A stretch of DNA of 64,000 nt. Source: Sideroxydans sp. (GTDB lineage Bacteria > Pseudomonadota > Gammaproteobacteria > Burkholderiales > Gallionellaceae). Numbering within the stretch: the first letter of the stretch is position 1; each line of letters starts with the position of its first letter. The stretch spans positions 31,085 through 95,084 of the forward strand of contig JBAYIG010000002.1 of NCBI GenBank assembly GCA_041665725.1. Direction: 5' to 3'. The notes beneath the pieces were generated by a model that searched no databases, was not told the origin of the DNA, and saw only the letters and a list, made by a program, of their open reading frames with translations. Both the position numbers and the translations under genes were made by a program. Positions 17,242 through 27,400 of the stretch are shown here, in pieces.

Positions 17242-18786
17242 TCAACTCGCGCCGCGTTTGGAAAAGTCTTTGAGCCTGAATCCAAGTGCGAACAGCACCG
17301 CGAAATACACTGCCACGCCAGCAACCACCAACCAAGTCAGATGGATGATGCGCGACCACCCCGATGTGGTGAGCCAATGCTGCTCGCTACCCATGCCGAA
17401 CCAGAGCGTGATACCCAGTGCGCTGACAGCCAGCATGATCTTGAGGAAGAACTTCATCCACCCCGCTTCTGCTTGGTAGATACCGTTCTTGCGCAGGAAG
17501 TGGAACAGGATGGCCGAGTTGAGGCAGGCACCCAGACCGATAGACAGCGCCAAGCCCGCATGCGCCATGTGGAATCCGAAGACGAACAACACGTTCATCG
17601 CCTGTGTCGCGATCAAAGTCACGATGCCAATCTTCACCGGTGTCTTGATGTCTTGGCGCGCGTAGAAACCGGGAGCGAGAATCTTTACGAGTATCAGCCC
17701 GATCAAGCCGACGCTATACCCCACCAATGCGGCGCGCGACATCATCACGTCGTTCGCCGTGAATGCGCCATGCTGAAAGAAAGTCGCCAGCAAGGGAACC
17801 GCGATCATTCCGAGAGCCAGTGCGGCAGGCAAGGTCAGCATGATGGTGAGGCGCAAACCCCAATCTAGCAATTTTGAATATTCAGCCGTGTCGTTGGTCG
17901 CGTGCGACTTGGAGAGGGATGGCAGTAGGATGGTGCTGATAGCGACACCCAAGATGCCTGTGGGAAATTCCATCAATCGGTCTGCGTAATACAACCACGA
18001 CACACTTCCCGCCACGAGCAGCGAAGCAAAGATGGTATTGATGATGAGGCTGAGCTGCGCGATGGACACACCAAATATCGCGGGCCCCATCTGTTTGATG
18101 ACGCGCCACATCCCTTCATCCGTCCGGCTGAAGCGGATGGTCGGCAGCATACCGATCTTCTTGAGGAACGGGATCTGGAAGGCGAGTTGCACAAAACCTG
18201 CCACGAACACCGCCCAAGCGAGCGCCATGATGGGCTGCTCAAAATAAGGTGCGCCCCATAGCGCCCCGCCGATGAAACATAGATTCAGCAAGATGGGGGC
18301 AAAAGCCGGCACCCAGAACTTGTTATAGGTATTGAGGATGCCCGCAGCGACAGCGACCAGCGAGATGAAAAAGATGTATGGGGAGGTGATGCGCAGCAGT
18401 TGCACCGTGAGATCGAACTGCTCGGGATTCTTCACGAAACCAGGCGCGCTGATGTAGACGAGGATGGGTGCTGCAACGATACCAATAGCGGTCACCACGA
18501 AGAGGATCAAAGCCAGCATGGTGGTGACGTGATCGACCAGTAACTTGGTCTCTTCCTGCCCCCTGCGATTCTTGTATTCGCCAAAGATGGGCACGAACGC
18601 CTGAGAGAAAGCACCTTCCGCGAACATGCGGCGCAACAGATTCGGGAGCTTGAAAGCGACGAAGAAAGCATCCGTCGCCATGCCCGCACCAAAGATGCGC
18701 GCAATCAACACGTCTCTGGTGAAGGCCAAGATACGCGAGACCAGAGTCAGTCCGCTGATCGTGGCGAGGGCTTTAAGAAGGTTCAT
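17242..18786 (-). CDS. murJ: Lipid II flippase MurJ
   Basis: MNLLKALATISGLTLVSRILAFTRDVLIARIFGAGMATDAFFVAFKLPNLLRR is the canonical MurJ N-terminus. About 14 TM segments. ATG at 18786 preferred over the GTG at 18795. Confidence 0.92.
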   Translation of the reverse strand: MNLLKALATISGLTLVSRILAFTRDVLIARIFGAGMATDAFFVAFKLPNLLRRMFAEGAFSQAFVPIFGEYKNRRGQEETKLLVDHVTTMLALILFVVTAIGIVAAPILVYISAPGFVKNPEQFDLTVQLLRITSPYIFFISLVAVAAGILNTYNKFWVPAFAPILLNLCFIGGALWGAPYFEQPIMALAWAVFVAGFVQLAFQIPFLKKIGMLPTIRFSRTDEGMWRVIKQMGPAIFGVSIAQLSLIINTIFASLLVAGSVSWLYYADRLMEFPTGILGVAISTILLPSLSKSHATNDTAEYSKLLDWGLRLTIMLTLPAALALGMIAVPLLATFFQHGAFTANDVMMSRAALVGYSVGLIGLILVKILAPGFYARQDIKTPVKIGIVTLIATQAMNVLFVFGFHMAHAGLALSIGLGACLNSAILFHFLRKNGIYQAEAGWMKFFLKIMLAVSALGITLWFGMGSEQHWLTTSGWSRIIHLTWLVVAGVAVYFAVLFALGFRLKDFSKRGAS

Positions 18787-18823
18787 TGAGGACACTCAGT
18801 GGGCGTGCCAAGTGAAGGAGGCA

Positions 18824-19195
18824 TCACCAACCATTCTTTTGAGAGTGGCGACGTTCCATACTGATGGTCGGGAATATTCCCGTTGCGCCCGCATCCAACC
18901 TGTTGCGACCCGCACGCACCGTCAGGTGATTATTGACCACGAACTGCCTGATCAACTCGAAAGCATGAGGATCGGCCTGCTCCAAAGAAAAACGCACGAC
19001 AACGGAGGGAGTGCCTTGGATGACGATAGGACGGATATAGGAAGAGTAGACGATACGACCATCCTTGCCTGGCGTACCCAGCATGTCGCTCAAACGCTCT
19101 CCCCAATTGGATGGACGAAAGGCTTGCCCATCTTTTGTGATGCCTTGGATGACGAACTCGGCGAGTTCCGGATGACGGTCTTTTTTATCTAACAA
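18824..19195 (-). CDS. DUF3579-family protein (copy 1)
   Basis: 123 aa, EFVIQGITKDGQAFRPSNW...VVVRFSLEQADPHAFELIRQFVVNNHL. Only a TTG start is available. Confidence 0.7.
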   Translation of the reverse strand: MLDKKDRHPELAEFVIQGITKDGQAFRPSNWGERLSDMLGTPGKDGRIVYSSYIRPIVIQGTPSVVVRFSLEQADPHAFELIRQFVVNNHLTVRAGRNRLDAGATGIFPTISMERRHSQKNGW

Positions 19196-19269
19196 TTTGA
19201 GGCTCTCTAAAGGTCAAAACGGGCGCGGATTGTAACATCGCCGTTCCATCCGCCTTGGTAGATAGGCAA

Positions 19270-19623
19270 CTACCAACCCTCTTTTGCCCCGTCGCGACGC
19301 TCCACTCCAAGAACCGGATGAGGGCCTGTGACTTCAGCATCTCGGCTTCCACGCCCTGATCGGACTTTTAAGTGGTTCTCAGTAACGAACTGTTTCACCA
19401 TCTCAAAGGCTTTGGGATCGATATGCTGCCAAGAGACACGTATCACGACAGCCGCGACCCCAGCGATCATGACGGGGCGAGCATAGGGAGAATAGAGCAT
19501 GCGCCCATCCTGTCCTGCCGAGCCCATCATATTGCACAAATTAGTCGCCCAATCAGACTGTTGGAACAAATGACCACCTTCGGTGATGCCTTGGATCACG
19601 AATTCCGAGACGCTCGACAACAT
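19270..19623 (-). CDS. DUF3579-family protein (copy 2, tandem paralog)
   Basis: EFVIQGITEGGHLFQQSDW...VVIRVSWQHIDPKAFEMVKQFVTENHL is collinear with copy 1. Start set at ATG 19623 (SD GAAGGTGGAAG) rather than the track start at 19716. Confidence 0.65.
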   Translation of the reverse strand: MLSSVSEFVIQGITEGGHLFQQSDWATNLCNMMGSAGQDGRMLYSPYARPVMIAGVAAVVIRVSWQHIDPKAFEMVKQFVTENHLKVRSGRGSRDAEVTGPHPVLGVERRDGAKEGW

Positions 19624-19703
19624 GACTTCCACCTTCTCGCCTAGTTGACCGGCGGTATCATAGCACCGCCCCGACGCACAAACCGCCCACCCCAAACTAC
19701 GGG

Positions 19704-19732
19704 TTGCCAAATCCAAAGAGCCTCCCTATAAT
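19704..19732 (+). promoter_or_regulatory. Sigma70-type promoter of rpsT
   Basis: TTGCCA (19704-19709), 17-nt spacer, TATAAT (19727-19732), followed by the GC-rich discriminator GCGCGCC. 41 nt upstream of the ATG. Confidence 0.6.
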
Positions 19733-19772
19733 GCGCGCCTTTTAACGCAAGCCGAATTCCCAAGGAGTCACC

Positions 19773-20036
19773 ATGGCAAACACAGCACAAGCCAGAAAAC
19801 GCGCAAAACAAGCAGACAAACAGCACGCTCACAACACCACATTGCGTTCCGAATTGCGCACAGCGATCAAGAAGGTAGTGAAGGCGATCGAAGCGGGCGA
19901 CAAGGCTGCCGCACAGTCCGTGTTCACTGCATCGACTAGCGTGGTTGACTCCATCGCAGACAAGAAGATCATCCATAAGAACAAAGCAGCTCGCCATAAG
20001 AGCCGCTTGTCCGCCGCTATCAAGGCGATGGCCTGA
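19773..20036 (+). CDS. rpsT: 30S ribosomal protein S20
   Basis: [35 protein letters not shown]... matches S20. SD AAGGAG. Confidence 0.95.
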   Translation: MANTAQARKRAKQADKQHAHNTTLRSELRTAIKKVVKAIEAGDKAAAQSVFTASTSVVDSIADKKIIHKNKAARHKSRLSAAIKAMA

Positions 20037-20069
20037 TTTATCGCAGACGAAAGCCTGCGAAATAATAAA

Positions 20070-20097
20070 GGCCGACGATGTTGTCGGCCTTTTTTGT
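20070..20097 (+). terminator. Rho-independent terminator of rpsT
   Basis: ggccgac (20070-20076) / gtcggcc (20083-20089), 6-nt loop, then TTTTTTGTTT. Confidence 0.8.
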
Positions 20098-20142
20098 TTA
20101 TAGTTCCAGCCTCAGCGTTACAACAAGACCAGAAAGCTTGCT

Positions 20143-21315
20143 ATGTCTCATTTGATGAACACGTATGCTAGACAACCTGTTTCTTTCACTCACGGTGAAG
20201 GTGCTTGGCTATTCGATGCCGCAGGCAATCGTTATCTAGATGGCTTAGCTGGTGTCGCCGTCAACACACTGGGGCATGCCCACCCTCGCTTCACCGCTGC
20301 ACTTAAGTCGCAGATCGACAGCCTGATCCATTGCTCCAACATCTATCAAGTAGCAGGGCAAGAAGCTTTGTCTGACAAGCTGTGTGCGTTGTCTGGCATG
20401 CAGGAGGTCTTCTTCTGTAATTCCGGCTGCGAGGCCAATGAAGCCGCCATCAAGTTAGCGCGCATGCACGGCCACAATCGCGGCATAGACAATCCTTCCA
20501 TCATCGTAATGGAAAAAGCGTTCCACGGACGGACGTTAGCCACCCTCTCCGCCACTGGCAACCGCAAGGTACAAGCGGGCTTCGAGCCACTGGTGAGTGG
20601 TTTCGTACGCGTTCCTTACAACGATATGGAAGCCGTGCGCCAAGTCGCACAGCACAACCGTGACGTGGTCGCCGTATTGGTCGAGCCGATCCAAGGCGAA
20701 GGAGGCATCCGCACGTTGGACGTCGCCTATCTGCAGCAGCTTCGCAAGCTGTGCGATGAGAACAACTGGTTGCTGATGTTGGACGAGGTGCAATGCGGCA
20801 TCGGACGCACGGGAAAATGGTTCGGCTTCCAACATACCGACATCTTGCCGGACGTGATGACGCTAGCCAAAGGATTGGGATCTGGCGTGCCGATTGGCGC
20901 ATGTCTCACGGCGGGCAACGCAGTAGGAACATTCAAGCCTGGCAACCACGGCTCCACCTTCGGCGGCAATCCTTTGGCCTGTGCTGCGGGCCTGAACACT
21001 CTGAACATCGTCGAACAAGATGGCTTGCTCGCTCACGCAGATCAGGTCGGCAGATTCATACGCGACGGTTTGAATACATCCTTGAAAGGTGTCACGGGTG
21101 TCAAAGAGATTCGCGGGCAAGGCTTGATGATCGGCATCGAACTGGATAAGCCATGTGGTGATCTGGTTAAACAGGCGTTGGTTAAAGGCTTACTCATCAA
21201 TGTGACGGCTGATACCGTGGTACGTCTGTTGCCACCACTCATCTTGTCGAAAGCAGAAGCACAGCAAATGATCGACATCCTGAGTCCACTCATCAAAGAC
21301 TTCTTGCAAGCCTAA
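20143..21315 (+). CDS. argD: Acetylornithine aminotransferase
   Basis: Class III aminotransferase. MNTYARQPVSFTHGEGAWLFD, LMLDEVQCGIGRTGKWF, TLAKGLGSG (PLP Lys). Followed by argF. Confidence 0.9.
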   Translation: MSHLMNTYARQPVSFTHGEGAWLFDAAGNRYLDGLAGVAVNTLGHAHPRFTAALKSQIDSLIHCSNIYQVAGQEALSDKLCALSGMQEVFFCNSGCEANEAAIKLARMHGHNRGIDNPSIIVMEKAFHGRTLATLSATGNRKVQAGFEPLVSGFVRVPYNDMEAVRQVAQHNRDVVAVLVEPIQGEGGIRTLDVAYLQQLRKLCDENNWLLMLDEVQCGIGRTGKWFGFQHTDILPDVMTLAKGLGSGVPIGACLTAGNAVGTFKPGNHGSTFGGNPLACAAGLNTLNIVEQDGLLAHADQVGRFIRDGLNTSLKGVTGVKEIRGQGLMIGIELDKPCGDLVKQALVKGLLINVTADTVVRLLPPLILSKAEAQQMIDILSPLIKDFLQA

Positions 21316-21330
21316 ATTTGGAAACGCACC

Positions 21331-22254
21331 ATGTCCGCGCCCATCAAACACTTTTTGCAATTCAAAGACCTCACCCGCGAAGAGCTTGAATATCTGTTCG
21401 AGCGCACTCGCCGCATCAAACAAAAATTCAAGTCTTACCAACAATACTGGCCTTTGACTGACCGCACCTTGGTGATGATCTTCGAAAAAGCCAGCACGCG
21501 CACACGCTTGTCTTTTGAGGCCGGTATTCAACAACTGGGCGGTTCTGCCATCTATCTGAACACACGCGATTCACAACTCGGTCGCGGCGAACCTGTGGAA
21601 GACGCAGGTCAAGTCATCTCGCGCATGAGTGACATCGTGATGATCCGTACCTTCGAGCAGAGCATCATCGAGCGTTTCGCTGCGCATTCGCGCGTGCCCG
21701 TCATCAACGGTCTGACCAACGAATACCACCCCTGCCAGATCCTCGCTGACATCTACACCTACATCGAACATCGCGGCAGCATCCAAGGTAAGACTGTGGC
21801 GTGGATCGGCGATTCAAACAATATGTGCAATACGTGGTTACAAGCCGCAGAGATATTGGACTTCAATGTCCACGTCTCCACTCCACCAGGCTACGAAGTT
21901 GAGCCTGAACGCGCCGGCTTGTACGGACATGAGCACTACGAAGAATTCAAAGACCCGATGGAAGCCGCAAAAGGTGCCGATCTGGTGACCACCGACGTGT
22001 GGACTTCGATGGGATGGGAAGCTGAGAACGAAGAACGTCTGAAGGACTTTGCCGATTGGCAAGTGGATGCGGACATGATGGGCGTTGCCGCTAAAGATGC
22101 GTTGTTCATGCACTGCCTACCCGCACATCGCGGCGAAGAAGTATCGGCAGAAGTCATCGACGGCACGCAATCTGTGGTGTGGGACGAAGCAGAGAATCGT
22201 TTGCATGTGCAGAAGGCGCTGATGGAATACCTATTGCTCGGAAAGATCGCTTGA
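21331..22254 (+). CDS. argF: Ornithine carbamoyltransferase
   Basis: STRTR carbamoyl-phosphate motif, HPCQ, DVWTSMG, HCLPAHRGEE. Confidence 0.93.
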   Translation: MSAPIKHFLQFKDLTREELEYLFERTRRIKQKFKSYQQYWPLTDRTLVMIFEKASTRTRLSFEAGIQQLGGSAIYLNTRDSQLGRGEPVEDAGQVISRMSDIVMIRTFEQSIIERFAAHSRVPVINGLTNEYHPCQILADIYTYIEHRGSIQGKTVAWIGDSNNMCNTWLQAAEILDFNVHVSTPPGYEVEPERAGLYGHEHYEEFKDPMEAAKGADLVTTDVWTSMGWEAENEERLKDFADWQVDADMMGVAAKDALFMHCLPAHRGEEVSAEVIDGTQSVVWDEAENRLHVQKALMEYLLLGKIA

Positions 22255-22255
22255 A

Positions 22256-22483
22256 ATGAAGATCCCACCTCGCCTCACACCGCTCTTGTTCCCCTTCTTC
22301 ATGTCGCTGGTGATGGCCTTCATCATGACCGCCTTCATCACTTGGATCAACACAGGCTTGGCCGATGGTTATGTAGGACGCTGGATGTATTCCTTCGTCT
22401 TCGCTTGGCCGCTCGCCATGGCCTGCATCGTCGTGTTCGCCAATCGTATTCGCGGCCTCATCGGAAAACTCACCGCTCAATAA
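22256..22483 (+). CDS. DUF2798-family small membrane protein
   Basis: 75 aa, two hydrophobic helices (LLFPFFMSLVMAFIMTAFITWINTG ...). ATG lies 1 nt after the argF stop. Confidence 0.6.
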   Translation: MKIPPRLTPLLFPFFMSLVMAFIMTAFITWINTGLADGYVGRWMYSFVFAWPLAMACIVVFANRIRGLIGKLTAQ

Positions 22484-22505
22484 ATCTAGCTCATAGGAAA
22501 TCAAC

Positions 22506-23732
22506 ATGTCTGACATCAAAAAAGCCGTTCTCGCCTACTCTGGTGGACTCGATACCTCCGTTATTCTGAAATGGTTGCAAGACACCTATCAATGTGAAGT
22601 GGTCACCTTCACCGCCGACGTGGGTCAAGGCGAAGAGCTAGAACCAGCACGTGCCAAAGCATTAAAGATGGGCATCGCAGCAGACAATATCTTCATCGAT
22701 GACCTGCGCGAAGAATTCGTACGCGATTTCGTATTCCCCATGTTCCGCGCCAACACCGTGTATGAAGGCGAATACCTGCTGGGTACGTCCATCGCGCGCC
22801 CACTGATCGCAAAACGCCTGATCGAGATCGCGGCCATGACAAAGTCCCAAGCCATCTCGCACGGTGCGACGGGCAAGGGTAATGACCAAGTGCGTTTTGA
22901 GTTAGGTGCGTATGCGCTCAACCCCAACATCAAAGTGATCGCGCCTTGGCGTGAATGGGATCTGTTGTCGCGTGAGAAACTGATGGCCTATGCCGAAAAA
23001 CACGGCATCCCCGTCGAGATGAAACACAAACAAGGCGGCTCGCCTTACTCCATGGACGCGAACCTCCTGCACATCTCCTACGAAGGTCGCCATCTGGAAG
23101 ACCCCGCAGCCGAAGCCGAAGAGAGCATGTGGCGTTGGACCGTGTCACCGGAAAAGGCTCCTGATGCAGCCGAGTATCTCGACATCGAGTACGTGAAGGG
23201 CGACATCGTTGCGCTGAACGGAACCAAACTATCTCCCGCTCAAGTGTTGGCTAAGCTGAACGAGCTCGGTGGCAAGCACGGCATCGGTCGTCTGGACTTG
23301 GTGGAGAACCGCTACGTCGGCATGAAGTCGCGCGGCTGCTACGAGACACCTGGCGGAACCATCATGTTGAAGGCACACCGCGCCATCGAATCCATCACCT
23401 TGGATCGTGAAGTCGCTCACTTGAAAGACGACCTGATGCCACGTTACGCATCGATGATCTACAACGGTTACTGGTGGAGCCCTGAGCGCCTCGCGATCCA
23501 AACACTGATCGACCACACCCAAGCCAGCGTGAACGGCTGGGTACGCGTCAAATTGTACAAGGGCAATGTCATCGTCGTTGGCCGCGATTCCAAGACGGAT
23601 TCGCTGTTCGATTCCAGCATCGCCACCTTCGAGGACGACAAAGGCGCATACGACCAGAAGGATGCGGCAGGCTTCATCAAACTGAATGCTTTGCGCATGC
23701 GCATCGCGGCGAACCTGAAGAGCCGCAAATAA
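22506..23732 (+). CDS. argG: Argininosuccinate synthase
   Basis: [11 protein letters not shown]-loop, [31 protein letters not shown]. Confidence 0.95.
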   Translation: MSDIKKAVLAYSGGLDTSVILKWLQDTYQCEVVTFTADVGQGEELEPARAKALKMGIAADNIFIDDLREEFVRDFVFPMFRANTVYEGEYLLGTSIARPLIAKRLIEIAAMTKSQAISHGATGKGNDQVRFELGAYALNPNIKVIAPWREWDLLSREKLMAYAEKHGIPVEMKHKQGGSPYSMDANLLHISYEGRHLEDPAAEAEESMWRWTVSPEKAPDAAEYLDIEYVKGDIVALNGTKLSPAQVLAKLNELGGKHGIGRLDLVENRYVGMKSRGCYETPGGTIMLKAHRAIESITLDREVAHLKDDLMPRYASMIYNGYWWSPERLAIQTLIDHTQASVNGWVRVKLYKGNVIVVGRDSKTDSLFDSSIATFEDDKGAYDQKDAAGFIKLNALRMRIAANLKSRK

Positions 23733-23756
23733 GTTTTTGTTTCAAAGGAGGCTGTG

Positions 23757-24248
23757 ATGATTCACGAACTAAGTGGTGACATCCTGTTAAGCAGCGCCAA
23801 AGCCATTGCCCAAGGCGTTGCTCCCAATGACGACTTCCATCACGGGCTTGCGTTGCAACTGCGCGAACGTATGCCAGCGATGTACAAAGACTTTCGACAC
23901 TACTGCCAGACCAAGCATCCCAAGTCAGGCGAGTTGTGGACTTGGATGAGCAGTGATGGACGTTACATCGTCAATCTGTTCACACAAGATGGCGCATACG
24001 ACCACGGAAGCAAGCCTGGACACGCGACGGTCAGTCATGTGAATCACGCTTTGCATGCACTGCGCTCTTTTGCACAAAAAGAAAAACTCTCCAGCCTCGC
24101 CCTGCCGCGCCTAGCCTGCGGCGTGAATGGTCTGGATTGGAACGACGTGAAGCCACTCATCGAAAAACATCTCGGCGACCTCGGCATCCCCGTGTATGTG
24201 TATGCCAATTATCAAAAAGGCAGCAAAGCAAACGAACCCTCGAAATAA
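23757..24248 (+). CDS. Macro-domain (ADP-ribose binding/hydrolase-like) protein
   Basis: GDILLSSAKAIAQGV...NLFTQ...LALPRLACGVNGLDW resembles the stand-alone macro family as I remember it. AGGAGG lies 5 nt before ATG 23757. Confidence 0.6.
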   Translation: MIHELSGDILLSSAKAIAQGVAPNDDFHHGLALQLRERMPAMYKDFRHYCQTKHPKSGELWTWMSSDGRYIVNLFTQDGAYDHGSKPGHATVSHVNHALHALRSFAQKEKLSSLALPRLACGVNGLDWNDVKPLIEKHLGDLGIPVYVYANYQKGSKANEPSK

Positions 24249-24266
24249 TCAAAAGGAAACCTCAGC

Positions 24267-24593
24267 ATGTCAGACAAGATCGATAACGTCAGCGTCGGTA
24301 AAAAATCCAATGTGTTCTTCGACGGAAAATGTGTCTCGCATTCCGTATTCTTCCCCGATGGTTCACGCAAGACCGTTGGTGTCGTATTGCCTAATAGCCA
24401 ATTGACCTTCAACGTCGGCGTACCCGAATTGATGGAGATCAGTGCAGGCACCTGCCAAGTGAAGATCGCGGGCGAATCCAGCTTTAAGACCTACGCTGCG
24501 GGCAGCAGCTTTAACGTGGCCGCCAACAGCAGCTTCGACATCCATACCGGTGCTGAGGCAGTCGATTACGTGTGTTCGTTTGGTTCCAACTAA
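24267..24593 (+). CDS. ppnP: Pyrimidine/purine nucleoside phosphorylase PpnP (DUF1255)
   Basis: NVFFDGKCVSHSV.FPDGSRKTVGV..P....F....PE.MEI.AG.C.VK matches the YaiE/PpnP cupin. Confidence 0.85.
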   Translation: MSDKIDNVSVGKKSNVFFDGKCVSHSVFFPDGSRKTVGVVLPNSQLTFNVGVPELMEISAGTCQVKIAGESSFKTYAAGSSFNVAANSSFDIHTGAEAVDYVCSFGSN

Positions 24594-24664
24594 CCTAAAG
24601 GTAAGTTTCCACCGCAACAAGCCGCTACGCGGCGTGTTGTGGTTAAGATATTAAGGAGAAGACA

Positions 24665-25153
24665 ATGCCCTCATTCGACATCGTTTCAGAAGTAGACAAA
24701 CCCGAAGTCAAGAATGCAATCGAGCAGACAAACAAAGAAGTCAGCACACGTTTCGACTTCAAGGGGTCGGATGCGCGCGTAGAACAAGCCGAGCTGAAAC
24801 TCACAGTGTGGGCTGACAACGAGTTCCAGTTGAATCAAGTACAGGACATCCTCAACGGCAAATTGACCAAGCGCGGTGTAGACATCAAATGTCTTGAGAT
24901 CAGCGACAAGATCGAGAAGGTCAGCGGCAACAAAGTCAAGCGTGGCTGCGAAGTAAAGACAGGCGTCGAGATCGAGCTGGCCAAGAAGATCGTCAAACAC
25001 ATCAAAGATAGCAAGATGAAGGTGCAAGCCAGCATCCAAGGCGACACCGTGCGTGTGACTGGCAAGAACCGCGATGACCTGCAAGACGCTATAGCCTTCG
25101 TCAAAAAGACCATCACCGATTTCCCATTGCAATATCAGAACTTCCGCGACTAA
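24665..25153 (+). CDS. yajQ: YajQ-family nucleotide / c-di-GMP binding protein
   Basis: [35 protein letters not shown] is the canonical YajQ N-terminus. SD AAGGAG. Confidence 0.9.
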   Translation: MPSFDIVSEVDKPEVKNAIEQTNKEVSTRFDFKGSDARVEQAELKLTVWADNEFQLNQVQDILNGKLTKRGVDIKCLEISDKIEKVSGNKVKRGCEVKTGVEIELAKKIVKHIKDSKMKVQASIQGDTVRVTGKNRDDLQDAIAFVKKTITDFPLQYQNFRD

Positions 25154-25156
25154 ATC

Positions 25157-25939
25157 ATGAAACTGCCGATCCAATCACTTCTTGCTGTCCTGCTGATCTC
25201 TGCTTCCAGCAGTGCTTGTGCCGAGGATTCGATCTCGTACCCAGCGATGGTATGGGATGACGTCACGCATACCCTCACAGCCCCTGCTCGATGGGAAAAG
25301 AATGATTGGCAACAAGTGGGATGGGAAAGCCTCGCGGTTCTAGGAACGGTCGCCATCATCGACAAACCTGTACGTGATTACATGGTGAAGCAAGATCAGA
25401 ACAGCCAAGCTTGGTTGCAAGTCGAAAAGTTCGGCCGTGAGTATGCGGTCGGCATCACTGGGGCATTCTTTGTCGCAGGTTTGGTCGGTGACGAGACTTC
25501 GATGCACGTCGCGCAGGACGTGGTCGCTGCCAGTCTTATCTCCAGTGGCATCATCGGTGTCGCCACCAAGACCGTCGTCGGACGTAGCCGGCCTTTGCAG
25601 GAAAAAGGCACGACCAACTTCGCCCCGTTCACCGACATGAACAGTTCATTTTTTTCCGGCCACACCACGCAAGCATTCACTTTGGCTGCTGTGATCTCAG
25701 AAACCTATGACGAGACATGGATAGACGTGACTGCATACAGCCTCGCCACCTTGGTGGGTGTGGCACGCACCTATCACGACAAGCACTTCGCCTCTGATGT
25801 ACTGACTGGCGCAATAGTGGGTACATTGGTCGGTAAGAGCGTGGTCGCGCACAACAAAGCCCTGCGTGGCAACAAACTGTTCGTCACGCCAGCCGTCTCC
25901 CAAGGCATGGTCGGCATCCAAATCGCTGGGAAGTTCTGA
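25157..25939 (+). CDS. PAP2-family phosphatase (signal peptide)
   Basis: Acid-phosphatase motifs KTVVGRSRP, FFSGHT, and YHDKHFASDV. Confidence 0.8.
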   Translation: MKLPIQSLLAVLLISASSSACAEDSISYPAMVWDDVTHTLTAPARWEKNDWQQVGWESLAVLGTVAIIDKPVRDYMVKQDQNSQAWLQVEKFGREYAVGITGAFFVAGLVGDETSMHVAQDVVAASLISSGIIGVATKTVVGRSRPLQEKGTTNFAPFTDMNSSFFSGHTTQAFTLAAVISETYDETWIDVTAYSLATLVGVARTYHDKHFASDVLTGAIVGTLVGKSVVAHNKALRGNKLFVTPAVSQGMVGIQIAGKF

Positions 25940-26481
25940 TGCCTAGCGTCCTCCTACCGCTTGCGAATGGTAGCGAGGACCTAGAAGCCATCACCGTGCT
26001 GAACATCCTGCGTCGCGCAGGTATCGAGGCAGTCAGCGCCAGCCTTGATGGACAAGCCATACGCGGCAGTCGCGGCACGGTCATCGTGCCCGACACCTCA
26101 CTAGACGAAGCACTCAAGCGAGACTTCGATATGGTGGTACTACCAGGTGGTCAGCCTGGCACCAAGAACCTCAAGGCCGATGCTCGCATCATCAAACTCG
26201 TGCAAGTGATGCATGCGAAGGATAGATATGTCTGCGCGATCTGTGCCGCCCCCTCGATTTTGGCAACGGCGGGACTGCTGAACGGAAAACGCGCCACTAG
26301 CTTTCCAACATGCCTCGATGATTTTCCTCAAGTGTCTTTGCAACCTCAAGCAGTGGTCGAAGACGGCAAGATCATCACGTCACGCGGGCCGGGCACAGCG
26401 ATGGATTTCGCACTGACCTTGGTGGAGCGCCTATCAGGCAGATCCAAACGTGACGAAGTCGAAGCAAGCTTGGTGCGTTGA
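25939..26481 (+). CDS. yajL: DJ-1/YajL-family protein (glyoxalase III / deglycase-like)
   Basis: GSEDLEAITVLNILRRAG, VLPGG, nucleophile-elbow AICAAP, SRGPGTAMDF. Collinear with E. coli YajL by eye. Confidence 0.8.
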   Translation: MPSVLLPLANGSEDLEAITVLNILRRAGIEAVSASLDGQAIRGSRGTVIVPDTSLDEALKRDFDMVVLPGGQPGTKNLKADARIIKLVQVMHAKDRYVCAICAAPSILATAGLLNGKRATSFPTCLDDFPQVSLQPQAVVEDGKIITSRGPGTAMDFALTLVERLSGRSKRDEVEASLVR

Positions 26482-27243
26482 GTGCCCTCTGCACTAATAA
26501 AACTTCCCCCCGCCATCATCGCACTGCTGTTGCAGACGTTCGCGTTCATGTTCGTCACGCTCGTCGTACGTTCGTTCCAACTTCAACTCGCACCCATTGT
26601 GTTCGTCCTTCTCTGCGGGCTACTGGCTGCGACGTTCAGCCACCTCGCCAAGCAAGCACGCTGGTGGCTCTATATCCAATCCACCTTCCTGCCCCTGATA
26701 TTGCTGGTGTATTCGCTCGACATTCCCCCCGCATTATTCCTCGCGGCGTTCCTCATCATGCTGCTCGTATATTGGAGCGCCTTCCGCACCCAAGTACCCC
26801 TCTATCTCTCCAGCAACAAAGTGTGGCAAGCACTCGAAACCCAACTACCCAGTGACCGTCCATTCACCTTCATCGATCTAGGCTCAGGCATCGGTGGCGT
26901 GTTGACTCACCTCTCTCGAACCCATCAACAGGGCCACTTCCATGGTGTGGAATATGCGCCTCTACCCTTCGCCTGGAGTTGGCTACGCATCAAATTAGGC
27001 AAACACAGAAACTGCTCCGCTCAATGGGGAAGCATGTGGGATAGCGATCTGTCCCAATATGACGTCGTTTTTGCGTATCTCTCACCGGTGCCGATGGAAC
27101 GACTCTGGCACAAGGCGCGAGCCGAGATGAAGTCGGGCAGTCTGTTCATCAGCAATACTTTCGCCGTACCAGACCATCCGCCCCAATCGACACTAACTGT
27201 GGATGACTTGCATACATCCACCCTATTCATCTGGAAGATGTAA
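26482..27243 (+). CDS. Membrane-anchored class I SAM-dependent methyltransferase
   Basis: Three N-terminal hydrophobic segments, then motif I FIDLGSGIGGVL. GTG start directly after the DJ-1 TGA. Confidence 0.65.
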   Translation: MPSALIKLPPAIIALLLQTFAFMFVTLVVRSFQLQLAPIVFVLLCGLLAATFSHLAKQARWWLYIQSTFLPLILLVYSLDIPPALFLAAFLIMLLVYWSAFRTQVPLYLSSNKVWQALETQLPSDRPFTFIDLGSGIGGVLTHLSRTHQQGHFHGVEYAPLPFAWSWLRIKLGKHRNCSAQWGSMWDSDLSQYDVVFAYLSPVPMERLWHKARAEMKSGSLFISNTFAVPDHPPQSTLTVDDLHTSTLFIWKM

Positions 27244-27400
27244 GGTTTACCCTCATTCTTTTCAAAGGGTTACAGGCACACCACCGAAACACTTCCCAAT
27301 GCAGAATATTTTGGTTAGGATGCCGACCTAGTTCAGTTGCACATCTACGCGGCATCAACCGCACGAACACAAAACCCAACAACCTAAACGAGAACCAAAC

